Of a DNA stretch of 64,000 bases, positions 55,668 through 64,000 are shown in pieces. The position numbers and the translations under genes were made by a program. Each line of letters begins with the position of its first letter. The first letter of the stretch is position 1. This DNA is from Acidimicrobiaceae bacterium (GTDB taxonomy: Bacteria > Actinomycetota > Acidimicrobiia > Actinomarinales > Actinomarinaceae). The notes beneath the pieces are model-generated. The model searched no databases and was not told where the DNA came from. It saw only the letters and a program-made list of their open reading frames with translations. The DNA is taken from positions 830 through 64,829 of the forward strand of contig JAOMBT010000002.1 of the NCBI GenBank assembly GCA_028344675.1. The letters are read 5' to 3'.

Positions 55668-56087
55668 TTAATCTTCAGTTGCGTAACCGTCAGAAGATTC
55701 TTCTTTTTTAATTTGAGATCCTGTTACAACTGCTAATCCTATTTCGACAAGACCAAAAGCTAAAAATCCATTAAATTCTGTGAATACAGCAAAAGTAATC
55801 AACCCTAAACCGCCGCTGTATCTTATTATGTTTAATTGTTTTCCATTTTCTGCATTACCCCCTAGTAGGAAAAAAGCCATTGCAGCAAAATAAAGGGGCA
55901 GGCCAATGGATCTAATAATCATTGCCTGATTTTCTGCTAATACAGCATTGAAATCAAATAAAAATAAACGGTAAACAACTTCTGGCATAATAAATCCGAC
56001 CAATACCAAAGCTAGATATACAAGCGGATCTAATCTATTTATTAATTTATAACTCATAGGGAAATTATATCCAATTAGGAGTATCAA
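55668..56087 (-). CDS. Small membrane protein (4 TM), unknown function
   Basis: Hydrophobicity profile only. Confidence 0.35.
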   Translation of the reverse strand: MILLIGYNFPMSYKLINRLDPLVYLALVLVGFIMPEVVYRLFLFDFNAVLAENQAMIIRSIGLPLYFAAMAFFLLGGNAENGKQLNIIRYSGGLGLITFAVFTEFNGFLAFGLVEIGLAVVTGSQIKKEESSDGYATED

Positions 56088-56128
56088 TTTGTTAATACTT
56101 AAGTTTTTTTTCAGACTTTTTGACTAAT

Positions 56129-58774
56129 CTATTTCATCAATTCAGCTTGAGCTGCAGCTAGTCTTGCTGCTGGAATTCTATATGGTGAGCATGAAATATA
56201 ATCAATATCCAAAGTATTTAGATAAAAAATTGAATTAGGATCTCCTGCATGTTCACCACATATCCCAATTTTAAGGGATCTATTGGCTTTCTTTCCATTT
56301 CTTGATGACATGTCTACAAGGCTACCAACACTTGGTTGATCAATTGAAACAAAAGGATCTTTATTAAAAATCTTTTTTTCAACATACAAACTTAAAAATT
56401 TAGACGCATCGTCTCGAGAAAGCCCAAGTGTTGTCTGAGTTAAGTCATTAGTACCATAAGAAAAGAAGTCAGCTTCTAAAGCAATTGATTCTGAATTTAA
56501 AGCTGCGCTTGGGAGTTCAATCATTGTCCCCATTGTGTAGGTAAATTCTGTGTTAAGTTCTAGTTCAATTTCTTTAATCTTCGCAGTTAATACATCTTTC
56601 ATCTGACTGAACTCATTTGCATTCATTACTAAAGGAATCATAATTTCTGGACTCAAGGTAATCGCTTCTTTTTTGGCAATGTTGTGAACAGCTCTAAATA
56701 TAGCTTCTACTTGCATCTCGTATATTTCTGGATAGCTTAAACCTAGCCTGACTCCTCTATGGCCTAACATCGGATTACTTTCAGAAAGCTTTAATAATAT
56801 TTCAAGAATATAACTAGTTGTTACCCCTGACTCTTTAGCTAAATTTGATATCTCAATATCACTTTTTGGAAGAAACTCATGCATTGGAGGATCTAATAAT
56901 CTAACCGTGATGGGCTTTTCTTTTAAAAGACTGAAGAGGGATTCAAAATCATTAATTTGAAATTTTATTAGTTTATCTAAGGCTCTTTCTCTGCCATTTG
57001 AAGTATCCGACATAATCATTTCTCGCATTGGCATTATTCTTTCGCCTTCAAAAAACATATGCTCTGTTCTACAAAGTCCAATACCCTCAGCTCCAAACTC
57101 TAACGCTTTAATAGTGTCAAGTTCTGTTTCTGCGTTTGCTCTTATTGATAATTTTCTATATTCATCACAGTACTCCATTAGTTTTAAAAAACTTTCGGAC
57201 ATATTAGGTGGTTCTACTGCTAAAGCACCGGTATACACTTCGCCTAAAGATCCATCTAAAGATATAACATCACCCTCTTTTAAAATAATATCTCCATTTG
57301 AAATACTCTTATCTTCAATATTTATTGCAAGGCTTTCTGCTCCAACAACACATGGCTTGCCCATTCCCCTAGCAACTACAGCAGCATGACTTGTCATTCC
57401 ACCTCTAGTTGTAAGTATTCCAACTGATGAATACATACCATTTATATCTTCAGGACTTGTTTCATCTCTAACTAATATTATTTTCTTGCCTTTCTCTGCT
57501 TCCTTTTCAGCCTTGCCTGTATCGAATACAATTTCTCCTACTGCTGCACCTGGAGACGCATTAAGAGCTTTTATAAATAATTCCCTATCTTGATTTTCGA
57601 TAAATTGAGGGTGCAATAAATTTGTAATATGGTCAGCATCAACCATCATCACTGCTTCTTCCTTGGTTACAACTCCCTCACTCTCCATATCTATTGCAAT
57701 ATTGACAGACGCTTGGGCAGTTCTCTTGGCTTTTCTTGTTTGTAAAAGGTAGACTTTTTGATCTTGAATAGTAAATTCAATATCCTGAACTTCTTTAAAA
57801 TGATTTTCAAGAGTTGATGCAATATCAGAAATTTCATTATAAATATCAGGAAATTTTTCTTGAAGTGAGCCTTGTGTTGTTTTGTCTTTAGATATAGGTT
57901 TTGGTGTTCTAATTCCTGCAACCACATCCTCTCCTTGTGCGTTAAGTAAGTATTCACCAAAAAGTTCTTTGTTACCATCTGATGGATTCCTAGTAAACAA
58001 AACTCCAGTACCTGAATCATCATTTAAGTTACCAAATACCATTGTTTGAATAGTTGCCCCTGTGCCCCATTCATCTGGAATATTGTTAAATTTTCTATAA
58101 TTGATAGCTCTTGTATTAAGCCAACTACTGAAAACAGCCTTTACTGCACCATTTAATTGCTCAATTGGGTCCTGAGGAAAAGGAACATCTGAAAATCTTT
58201 CAATGGTATTTTTATATGCATCAATAATCCAATTTAATTGATCCGGAGTGAAGTCTTTGTCAGAAGATACATTGTCTATTCTTTTTTTATTTTCAATTAC
58301 AGCTTCAAATCTACTGTAATCAAGGCCTAAAACAACATTTGAATACATTTGAATTAACCTTCTATAAGAATCTAATGCAAAACGCTCATCATTAAACTGC
58401 TCCACTAAGGAATTGATATTTCCATCATTGAGTCCAATATTTAATATAGAGTCCATCATTCCAGGCATTGAAATTCGACCACCTGATCTTACTGATAATA
58501 AAAGCGGGTTTGATTTGCCGTCAAAACTTAGGCCTGAATATAACTCAAGCTTACTCACAGCATTGATAATTTCTGTCTCCAAAGTATCTGGCAACTCATT
58601 ATTCTCCATAAAGTAATTGCATGCTTCAGTAGTAATTGTGAATCCAGGTGGAACAGAAATTCCAAGATTACTCATTTCTGCTAGGTTTGCCCCTTTACCT
58701 CCAAGAAGGTTGACCATTGATGCATTCCCATCTGTATGATCTTTTGAAAATTCAAAGATAAGTTTATTTTTCAT
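56129..58774 (-). CDS. ppdK: Pyruvate, phosphate dikinase
   Basis: NLLGGKGANLAEMSNLGISVPPGFTITTEAC (ATP-grasp N-terminus), GGMTSHAAVVARGMGKPCVVG (phosphohistidine domain), and a C-terminal PEP-utilising TIM barrel. 881 aa. Confidence 0.9.
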   Translation of the reverse strand: MKNKLIFEFSKDHTDGNASMVNLLGGKGANLAEMSNLGISVPPGFTITTEACNYFMENNELPDTLETEIINAVSKLELYSGLSFDGKSNPLLLSVRSGGRISMPGMMDSILNIGLNDGNINSLVEQFNDERFALDSYRRLIQMYSNVVLGLDYSRFEAVIENKKRIDNVSSDKDFTPDQLNWIIDAYKNTIERFSDVPFPQDPIEQLNGAVKAVFSSWLNTRAINYRKFNNIPDEWGTGATIQTMVFGNLNDDSGTGVLFTRNPSDGNKELFGEYLLNAQGEDVVAGIRTPKPISKDKTTQGSLQEKFPDIYNEISDIASTLENHFKEVQDIEFTIQDQKVYLLQTRKAKRTAQASVNIAIDMESEGVVTKEEAVMMVDADHITNLLHPQFIENQDRELFIKALNASPGAAVGEIVFDTGKAEKEAEKGKKIILVRDETSPEDINGMYSSVGILTTRGGMTSHAAVVARGMGKPCVVGAESLAINIEDKSISNGDIILKEGDVISLDGSLGEVYTGALAVEPPNMSESFLKLMEYCDEYRKLSIRANAETELDTIKALEFGAEGIGLCRTEHMFFEGERIMPMREMIMSDTSNGRERALDKLIKFQINDFESLFSLLKEKPITVRLLDPPMHEFLPKSDIEISNLAKESGVTTSYILEILLKLSESNPMLGHRGVRLGLSYPEIYEMQVEAIFRAVHNIAKKEAITLSPEIMIPLVMNANEFSQMKDVLTAKIKEIELELNTEFTYTMGTMIELPSAALNSESIALEADFFSYGTNDLTQTTLGLSRDDASKFLSLYVEKKIFNKDPFVSIDQPSVGSLVDMSSRNGKKANRSLKIGICGEHAGDPNSIFYLNTLDIDYISCSPYRIPAARLAAAQAELMK

Positions 58775-58829
58775 ATTTTGATTTTGTGGGTTCCCCTTCT
58801 AATCTTTAATTATATAGGGAGGGAATAAA

Positions 58830-59876
58830 ATGTCTAAAAATGTATTAGTAATTGGTACGGGCACAATAGGGGAACCACTCATAGGTCTCTTAGCTGAACA
58901 TAAAGAAATACTAGGTTTAGATAATGTTATATTTTTTAAACGAACTCCTCTATCGGATGAAAGAGGGAAAGTTGAAGCTCTATTAAGAAAGGGAGCACAA
59001 ATTGTATCAACTTCAGATGTCTTATCAGATTTTACTGAACTAGGTTTTTCGAGTATTTATGATGTAGAAAAGGCATATCAGGATGCTGATGTAATTATTG
59101 ACTGCACACCAAGTGGAAACAATAACTGGGATAATATTTACTCCTCTCTTGATGAAAACAAAAGGTACTTAGCACAGGGATCTGAACATGGATTTGGTTC
59201 CTTTTTTGCTTGGGGAATAAATAACGAAATCCTTGAGAATCAAGCTAATAAATATTTAATTGCATCTTGTAATACTCATAACATTGCATCGATAGTTAAA
59301 GCTTTTGCATTAGACCAGAATCGTGAATTGGCAGAAGGAAGATTTGTGTGTTTAAGAAGAGCAAATGATGTATCTCAAAATGATTCTTTCTCTCCTTCAC
59401 CAACAATTACCAAGCATACAAATCAAGAATTTGGAACACATCATGCACGAGATGTACATGAATTGTTTGCACAAGAAGGAAAAGATTTAAACCTTTTTTC
59501 TTCAGCAATTAAATTACCAACACAATATATGCACACTCTTTGGTTTACGTTAAATTTTAATGATCAAATTCAATTTGAGGATATTATAGAAAACCTAAGA
59601 GGTAATCAATTTTTAATGAGTACAGAGAAAATGTCATCGAATAAAGTGTTTTCTTTTGGTAGGGATCATGGCTATCACGGTAGGCTATTATCCCATGGTA
59701 TTGTCGCAGAACAGTCACTTCATGTAAAAGATAATGTACTCACAGGTTATTGCTTTACGCCTCAAGACGGAAATGCATTATTGTCATCAGTCGCAGCAAC
59801 AATACAGTATTACTACAAAAACGATTGGCAAAAGAAAATGGAAGTTTTTGATCGTTATATTTTTAAAAATATATAG
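58830..59876 (+). CDS. NAD(P)-binding oxidoreductase resembling type II (archaeal-type) glyceraldehyde-3-phosphate dehydrogenase
   Basis: N-terminal VLVIGTGTIGEPLIGLL Rossmann motif. LIASCNTHNIASIVKAF matches the type II GAPDH catalytic SCNTT motif. 348 aa. Assignment is tentative (ASADH-like enzymes share the Cys-x-Asn arrangement). Confidence 0.4.
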   Translation: MSKNVLVIGTGTIGEPLIGLLAEHKEILGLDNVIFFKRTPLSDERGKVEALLRKGAQIVSTSDVLSDFTELGFSSIYDVEKAYQDADVIIDCTPSGNNNWDNIYSSLDENKRYLAQGSEHGFGSFFAWGINNEILENQANKYLIASCNTHNIASIVKAFALDQNRELAEGRFVCLRRANDVSQNDSFSPSPTITKHTNQEFGTHHARDVHELFAQEGKDLNLFSSAIKLPTQYMHTLWFTLNFNDQIQFEDIIENLRGNQFLMSTEKMSSNKVFSFGRDHGYHGRLLSHGIVAEQSLHVKDNVLTGYCFTPQDGNALLSSVAATIQYYYKNDWQKKMEVFDRYIFKNI

Positions 59877-60252
59877 TCAGACAAGATTATATTATAACAC
59901 ATACTTATTTCACAAACAACTATAGCTTGTGCATATTGTATATTTAAGATACAGCCTGTGCAAAATACCTCTAGAGTTAAATTAGCTACAAGGGGGAAAG
60001 CTGGATCATTTAGGAGAGTGTTACTAGACGTACGGTAACACTATAAAAATTTCAAGAGCCAGCCCAGAATCTTGCAAAGACCAAATATGAAATAGGGATT
60101 TCTGGAGCTGGTTCTTTTATGCAAAAAATGTATAAAAAAAGCTCTCAATTTTCACATTTACTACTTAACTGTGCTATTTTTTTTATATGCAAAAATTAAA
60201 CGTTGTGAAAGTGGTGGTTTACATACATATGTAATGCCCTTATGCAACATTT

Positions 60253-60283
60253 TTTGATACCGGGCAGATGCCCGGTTTTTTTA
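60253..60283 (+). terminator. Rho-independent terminator hairpin (CCGGGCAGATGCCCGG followed by TTTTTTTATTTT) inside the aceA 5' leader
   Basis: GC-rich inverted repeat ccgggca/tgcccgg followed by a 7-T run. It lies ~95 nt upstream of the aceA start and 377 nt after the previous gene. The position fits an attenuator/expression platform or an sRNA 3' end. Confidence 0.55.
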
Positions 60284-60364
60284 TTTTAGGAAGGAAAAAA
60301 ATGAAAGAACAAGAAAGTAGCCATAGAAAGACTAACAATATACATAAGACCAAGTCAGATCTTT

Positions 60365-61660
60365 ATGAGAGTCTTTACGATGGAGAATAATTTTTTAGAT
60401 GCTGAATCGCTAAAAAACGATTGGGATACTAATCCTCGATGGAGGGGTATTACTAGGAACTACAGTGCTGAAGATGTGATAAGTATTCGAAACTCTGTAG
60501 AAATTAAACATACTCTTGCGGAAAATGGTGCTCAAAAACTCTTTGAAGATTTAAACAAAAAGGATGAATGGATATCAGCACTTGGTGCTTTATCTGGTAA
60601 TCAAGCTGTTCAAATGGTAAAAGCTGGTCTCAAAGCAATTTATTTGAGTGGATGGCAAGTTGCTGCCGATTCAAATCTTGGCGAGACAACTTATCCAGAT
60701 CAATCACTTTATCCAAGCAATAGTGCCCCAACACTTGCAAAACGCATTAATAATGCCCTATTAAGAGCAGAACAAGTAGATCGTGTAGAGGGAAATAACA
60801 GTATTGATTATCTTGTACCAATAGTGGCAGATGGTGAAGCAGGTTTTGGTGGAACGCTTAATGTATTTGAATTAACCAAAAAATTTATTGAAGCTGGAGC
60901 TGCAGGTGTGCATTTTGAAGATCAATTAGCTGCGGAAAAAAAATGTGGACATATGGGCGGTAAAGTATTAGTTCCAACTAGTCAACACATTAGGACCCTT
61001 ACCTCAGCAAGGCTTGCATCTGACACCATGGGTGTTCCAACTGTAATAATTGCAAGAACAGATGCATTGGCAGCAAACCTTGTCACGAGTGATATTGATG
61101 AGATCGACAGTGACTTTGTATTAGGTGAGAGAACTTCAGAAGGATTCTTTAAAGTAAAAAATGGTCCAGAGTCTGCAATTAGTAGAGGTCTCTCTTATGC
61201 CCCGTACTCTGATCTTGTATGGTGTGAAACTGGAAAACCAGATATTGGGTTTGCAAAAGAGTTTGCTGATGCAATACATGAAAAATTCCCTGATAAATTA
61301 TTAGCTTACAATTGTTCACCTTCCTTCAATTGGAAGCAATCACTTTCAGATGATGAAATAGCTACATTTCAAGAGAAATTAAGCTCTTTTGGGTATAAGT
61401 TCCAATTCATTACTTTGGCAGGATTTCACGCTCTTAATACATCTATGTTTGAACTTGCAATGAAGTACAAAGGTGGAAATATGTCTGCATATGTTGAACT
61501 TCAACAGAAAGAGTTTGCATTAGAGAAAGATGGATTTACATCTGTTAAACACCAGAGAGAAGTGGGTGCAGGTTATTTTGATACAATCTCTACAATCATA
61601 AGTGATGGAGATGCTTCAACACTTGCTCTTAAGGGTTCTACAGAAGAGGAACAATTTTAA
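60365..61660 (+). CDS. aceA: Isocitrate lyase
   Basis: [16 protein letters not shown] (cf. E. coli PRWEGITRPYSAEDV) and the [11 protein letters not shown] catalytic signature. Alternative start ATG at 60380 (MENNFLD...). Confidence 0.9.
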   Translation: MRVFTMENNFLDAESLKNDWDTNPRWRGITRNYSAEDVISIRNSVEIKHTLAENGAQKLFEDLNKKDEWISALGALSGNQAVQMVKAGLKAIYLSGWQVAADSNLGETTYPDQSLYPSNSAPTLAKRINNALLRAEQVDRVEGNNSIDYLVPIVADGEAGFGGTLNVFELTKKFIEAGAAGVHFEDQLAAEKKCGHMGGKVLVPTSQHIRTLTSARLASDTMGVPTVIIARTDALAANLVTSDIDEIDSDFVLGERTSEGFFKVKNGPESAISRGLSYAPYSDLVWCETGKPDIGFAKEFADAIHEKFPDKLLAYNCSPSFNWKQSLSDDEIATFQEKLSSFGYKFQFITLAGFHALNTSMFELAMKYKGGNMSAYVELQQKEFALEKDGFTSVKHQREVGAGYFDTISTIISDGDASTLALKGSTEEEQF

Positions 61661-63222
61661 TGTTTAAAATAAATGATTCAACAAACTCAGAAAGTGTCAT
61701 TAATGATGACTCACTAGAATTTTTTGAAAAGTTTATTATTTCTTTTGATAAAAGACGTAAAGAACTTTTAGAAAAAAGAAATAAAACCCAAGAGTTTATC
61801 TCTAATGGAGGGAGATTCTCCTTTCCAGAAGATACTTCTATTAGAGATAGTGAATGGACTGTAGTTCCACCGCCACAGGATGTAGCCAATAGAAATGTTG
61901 AGATTACTGGTCCTGTCGATCGAAAGATGATTATTAATGCACTCAATTCTGGTGCAGATGTCTTTATGGCTGATTTTGAAGACTCAACATCACCAACTTG
62001 GGAAAATATTGTGAATGGACATGTTAATTTAATAGATGCTAATAAAAGAGAAATATCTTTCGAGAATAAAGAAAAAGGGAAATCCTATTCTCTTAATGAG
62101 GATTCTACAACTTCACTTTTCGTAAGACCAAGAGGATGGCACTTAGACGAAAAAAATGTTACTTACAATAATGAGCCTGTATCAGCTAGCTTGTTTGATT
62201 TTTGTATGTATATATTTCACAATGCTCAAATAAGATTAGATAATAATATTGGAACTTATTTTTATATTCCTAAACTGGAAACAGCCGAAGAGTCTCAGCT
62301 TTGGGATGATGTATTTACACTTGCTGAAGAAGAGTTGAATTTACCAATAAGTACTATAAGAGCAACTGTTCTTCTTGAGACGATTTCTGCATCATTTGAA
62401 ATGGATGAAATCTTATATAGTCTTAAAAACCACTCTTTAGGCATGAATGCTGGTAGGTGGGATTATATTTTTAGCGCTATAAAGAGACACAGAGAAGTTG
62501 AAGGTGTGATATTTCCAGACCGTTCTCAGATAACTATGACCGTTCCATTTATGAAGTCTTACACTGAGTTACTAGTTCAAAGTCTTCATAAACGTGGTGC
62601 ACATGCAATTGGAGGTATGTCAGCATTTATTCCTGATAGAAAAAGTCCTGATATCACCGAAGAAGCTTTTACAAAAGTAAGAAATGATAAAATTCGAGAG
62701 GCTGAAATGGGGTTTGACGGTTCTTGGGTTGCACATCCAGATCTTGTAAAAATCTGTAAGGATATTTTTTCAGAACATCTTGGTGAAGCTGATAACCAAA
62801 TTAGTTATGTTCCTGATTATGTAATTACAGATGACATGTTACAAGACTTCAATATTAAAAATTCCTCTATTACTGAAGAGGGTATTCGTACAAACATAAA
62901 AGTAGGAATTTTATATATTCAATCATGGCTTCTCGGTCAGGGTGCAGCTGCTTTATTTAATTTAATGGAAGATGCTGCAACTGCTGAAATCTCACGTTCA
63001 CAATTATGGCAATGGGTACACAACAATGCCGTAACCGATAGTGGTATTGAAATAAATATTGAATTTATAAAAAAACTAATAGAAGAGGAATTAAAAGAAA
63101 TTAAAAATTTAACTCCAACTAGTGAAATGTTGGATGAGGCAGGTACTCTTTTTGAAGATCTAATTATAAATATAGAGTTTGAAGATTTTTTAACACTTCC
63201 TGCATATAAATTAATTAATTAA
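61660..63222 (+). CDS. aceB: Malate synthase A
   Basis: 520 aa. GRWDYIFS and the GGMSAFIP / WVAHPDLV regions are typical of malate synthase (A type). ATG overlaps the aceA stop. Confidence 0.9.
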   Translation: MFKINDSTNSESVINDDSLEFFEKFIISFDKRRKELLEKRNKTQEFISNGGRFSFPEDTSIRDSEWTVVPPPQDVANRNVEITGPVDRKMIINALNSGADVFMADFEDSTSPTWENIVNGHVNLIDANKREISFENKEKGKSYSLNEDSTTSLFVRPRGWHLDEKNVTYNNEPVSASLFDFCMYIFHNAQIRLDNNIGTYFYIPKLETAEESQLWDDVFTLAEEELNLPISTIRATVLLETISASFEMDEILYSLKNHSLGMNAGRWDYIFSAIKRHREVEGVIFPDRSQITMTVPFMKSYTELLVQSLHKRGAHAIGGMSAFIPDRKSPDITEEAFTKVRNDKIREAEMGFDGSWVAHPDLVKICKDIFSEHLGEADNQISYVPDYVITDDMLQDFNIKNSSITEEGIRTNIKVGILYIQSWLLGQGAAALFNLMEDAATAEISRSQLWQWVHNNAVTDSGIEINIEFIKKLIEEELKEIKNLTPTSEMLDEAGTLFEDLIINIEFEDFLTLPAYKLIN

Positions 63223-63265
63223 TTCCATACTGCTTAATAATAATATATGTTTATACAATGAAGTC

Positions 63266-63778
63266 ATGGGAGAAGTAATCGCAATAGGAGTACCCGCCTT
63301 ATTTGTAGTTGGTATTGTGTGGCTGATTATTTCATCAAATAAACGAATAAATAATGCACTTACATTAGCTTCTGAGGTACTAGGTTTTACACCTGTACTT
63401 TCAAAAAATATATTTAGGAAAAAAAAGATAATTGGTGAATTAGATGGATATAACTGTGAAGTGGAGGTCTATACAAGAAGTCACGGTAAGTCGTCAACAA
63501 CATATGTATCTTTCTTTGCTTATTTTCCAGAAAGTTTTGACATGGGATTAAAAATTAATTGGCGAGGTGAGTTTGATGGAGATGATGAACACCTAATAGA
63601 TTTGTTTATTAAGCGAAATGAAGAACTAGTTGAAGAATCTAAAAAAAACCTTCGAAGACTTAAAATAGAGGACAACTTTGTAAATTCGAGAAAAATACTA
63701 TTCAGAAAATACTACAAAGCTGATGAGATTGTAAAAACTATGAGAGATGTCCTTAACTTAGCAAAAGCAATTAAATAG
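63266..63778 (+). CDS. Hypothetical protein with an N-terminal TM helix
   Basis: MGEVIAIGVPALFVVGIVWLIISS is followed by a charged soluble domain. No motif recognised. Confidence 0.35.
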   Translation: MGEVIAIGVPALFVVGIVWLIISSNKRINNALTLASEVLGFTPVLSKNIFRKKKIIGELDGYNCEVEVYTRSHGKSSTTYVSFFAYFPESFDMGLKINWRGEFDGDDEHLIDLFIKRNEELVEESKKNLRRLKIEDNFVNSRKILFRKYYKADEIVKTMRDVLNLAKAIK

Positions 63779-63845
63779 CTTTTTTAGCTAACTCTCTTTT
63801 TGAAAAATAATCACCGTTAATCATGTATTCGGAGTTTAATTCTTG

Positions 63846-64000
63846 TTAGACAAGTTCAAAAGATTTAATAATATTTTCTAAACCCTCTTTTGCATCTGCA
63901 AAAAGCATTTTTGCATTGTCATTTATAAATAGTGGATTTGCAATACCTGCATAACCAGGTGACATAGATCTTTTTATCACGATGACTTGCTTGGCTAAAT
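63846..64000 (-). CDS. 3' end of an unidentified minus-strand gene that continues beyond the window end
   Basis: The minus-strand frame reads ...[50 protein letters not shown] with the stop at 63846-63848. Not identified. Confidence 0.3.
   Translation of the reverse strand, partial: LAKQVIVIKRSMSPGYAGIANPLFINDNAKMLFADAKEGLENIIKSFELV

Noticed and set aside
57114-59925. ORFs 57114..57389, 57691..58023, 58413..58616 (inside ppdK) and 59734..59925
   Set aside because: Opposite-strand or alternative-frame overlaps of ppdK and the GAPDH-like gene. No supporting motifs.
59960-60130. Glycine riboswitch in the aceA leader (SAR11 precedent)
   Set aside because: GGAGAGUGUU and a GCAAAGACC element resemble parts of the glycine aptamer, but I could not find the conserved CACCGAAGGGGCAA-type core or a convincing P1. 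Kept only as an unspecified candidate regulatory RNA pending a covariance-model search.
61638-61946. ORF 61638..61946(-) across the aceA/aceB junction
   Set aside because: Antisense to two confidently identified genes.
1-64000. CRISPR arrays, integrases, transposases, phage structural genes, toxin-antitoxin or restriction-modification systems
   Set aside because: No direct-repeat/spacer periodicity, no recombinase (tyrosine/serine/DDE) motifs and no defence-system hallmarks were seen in any frame. The island appears to lack its own mobility genes.

Overview
This is a 64 kb AT-rich window whose gene content and codon usage look like a streamlined marine proteobacterium (SAR11-like); that assignment is an inference only. 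It has two distinct parts.

(1) Positions ~1485-42,400 form a very AT-rich surface-glycan island sitting right after a truncated argS at the left edge. It contains:
- several GT4 and GT2 glycosyltransferases, a Wzx-like flippase and GmhA;
- a NeuB/NeuA-type nonulosonic-acid (sialic-acid-like) module with a small HAD phosphatase and a class IV aminotransferase;
- a gmd-fcl-FdtA-like-DegT block that makes GDP-fucose and probably a GDP-amino-dideoxyhexose;
- a formyltransferase-domain fusion protein;
- FkbM and class I methyltransferases, a PhyH-like dioxygenase and SDRs;
- a GtrA/GtrB/GT-C-like polyprenyl-phosphate-sugar module;
- at least seven multi-pass membrane proteins with an ArnT/PMT-like first-loop acidic motif (candidate GT-C glycosyltransferases), including a convergent paralogous pair;
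- a Thr-rich lipoprotein with a peptidoglycan-binding domain that could be the glycosylation acceptor.

Five tRNA genes (Phe, Asp, Lys, Arg, Val) lie interleaved through the island. All are on the minus strand and none encodes a CCA end. Several gene remnants flank them: a frameshifted FkbM methyltransferase, orphan gene fragments, an Excalibur-domain fragment, and a GT4 ORF that reads into tRNA-Arg. This is the pattern expected from repeated cassette insertion at tRNA sites. No integrase, transposase or CRISPR array was seen.

(2) Positions ~42,900-64,000 carry core metabolism:
- an FAD oxidoreductase, 2Fe-2S ferredoxin, nrdB and nrdA;
- a bioY 3' remnant overlapped by the nrdA start;
- a biotin carboxylase-BCCP fusion followed by acpS-fabD-fabH-fabG-acpP-fabF, with fabI convergent;
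- ppdK and a type-II-GAPDH-like oxidoreductase;
- aceA-aceB (glyoxylate shunt), preceded by a ~380 nt structured leader with an intrinsic terminator and a short uORF, which is a candidate riboswitch or attenuator.

All calls come from reading the translations and sequence by eye. No database searches were run.
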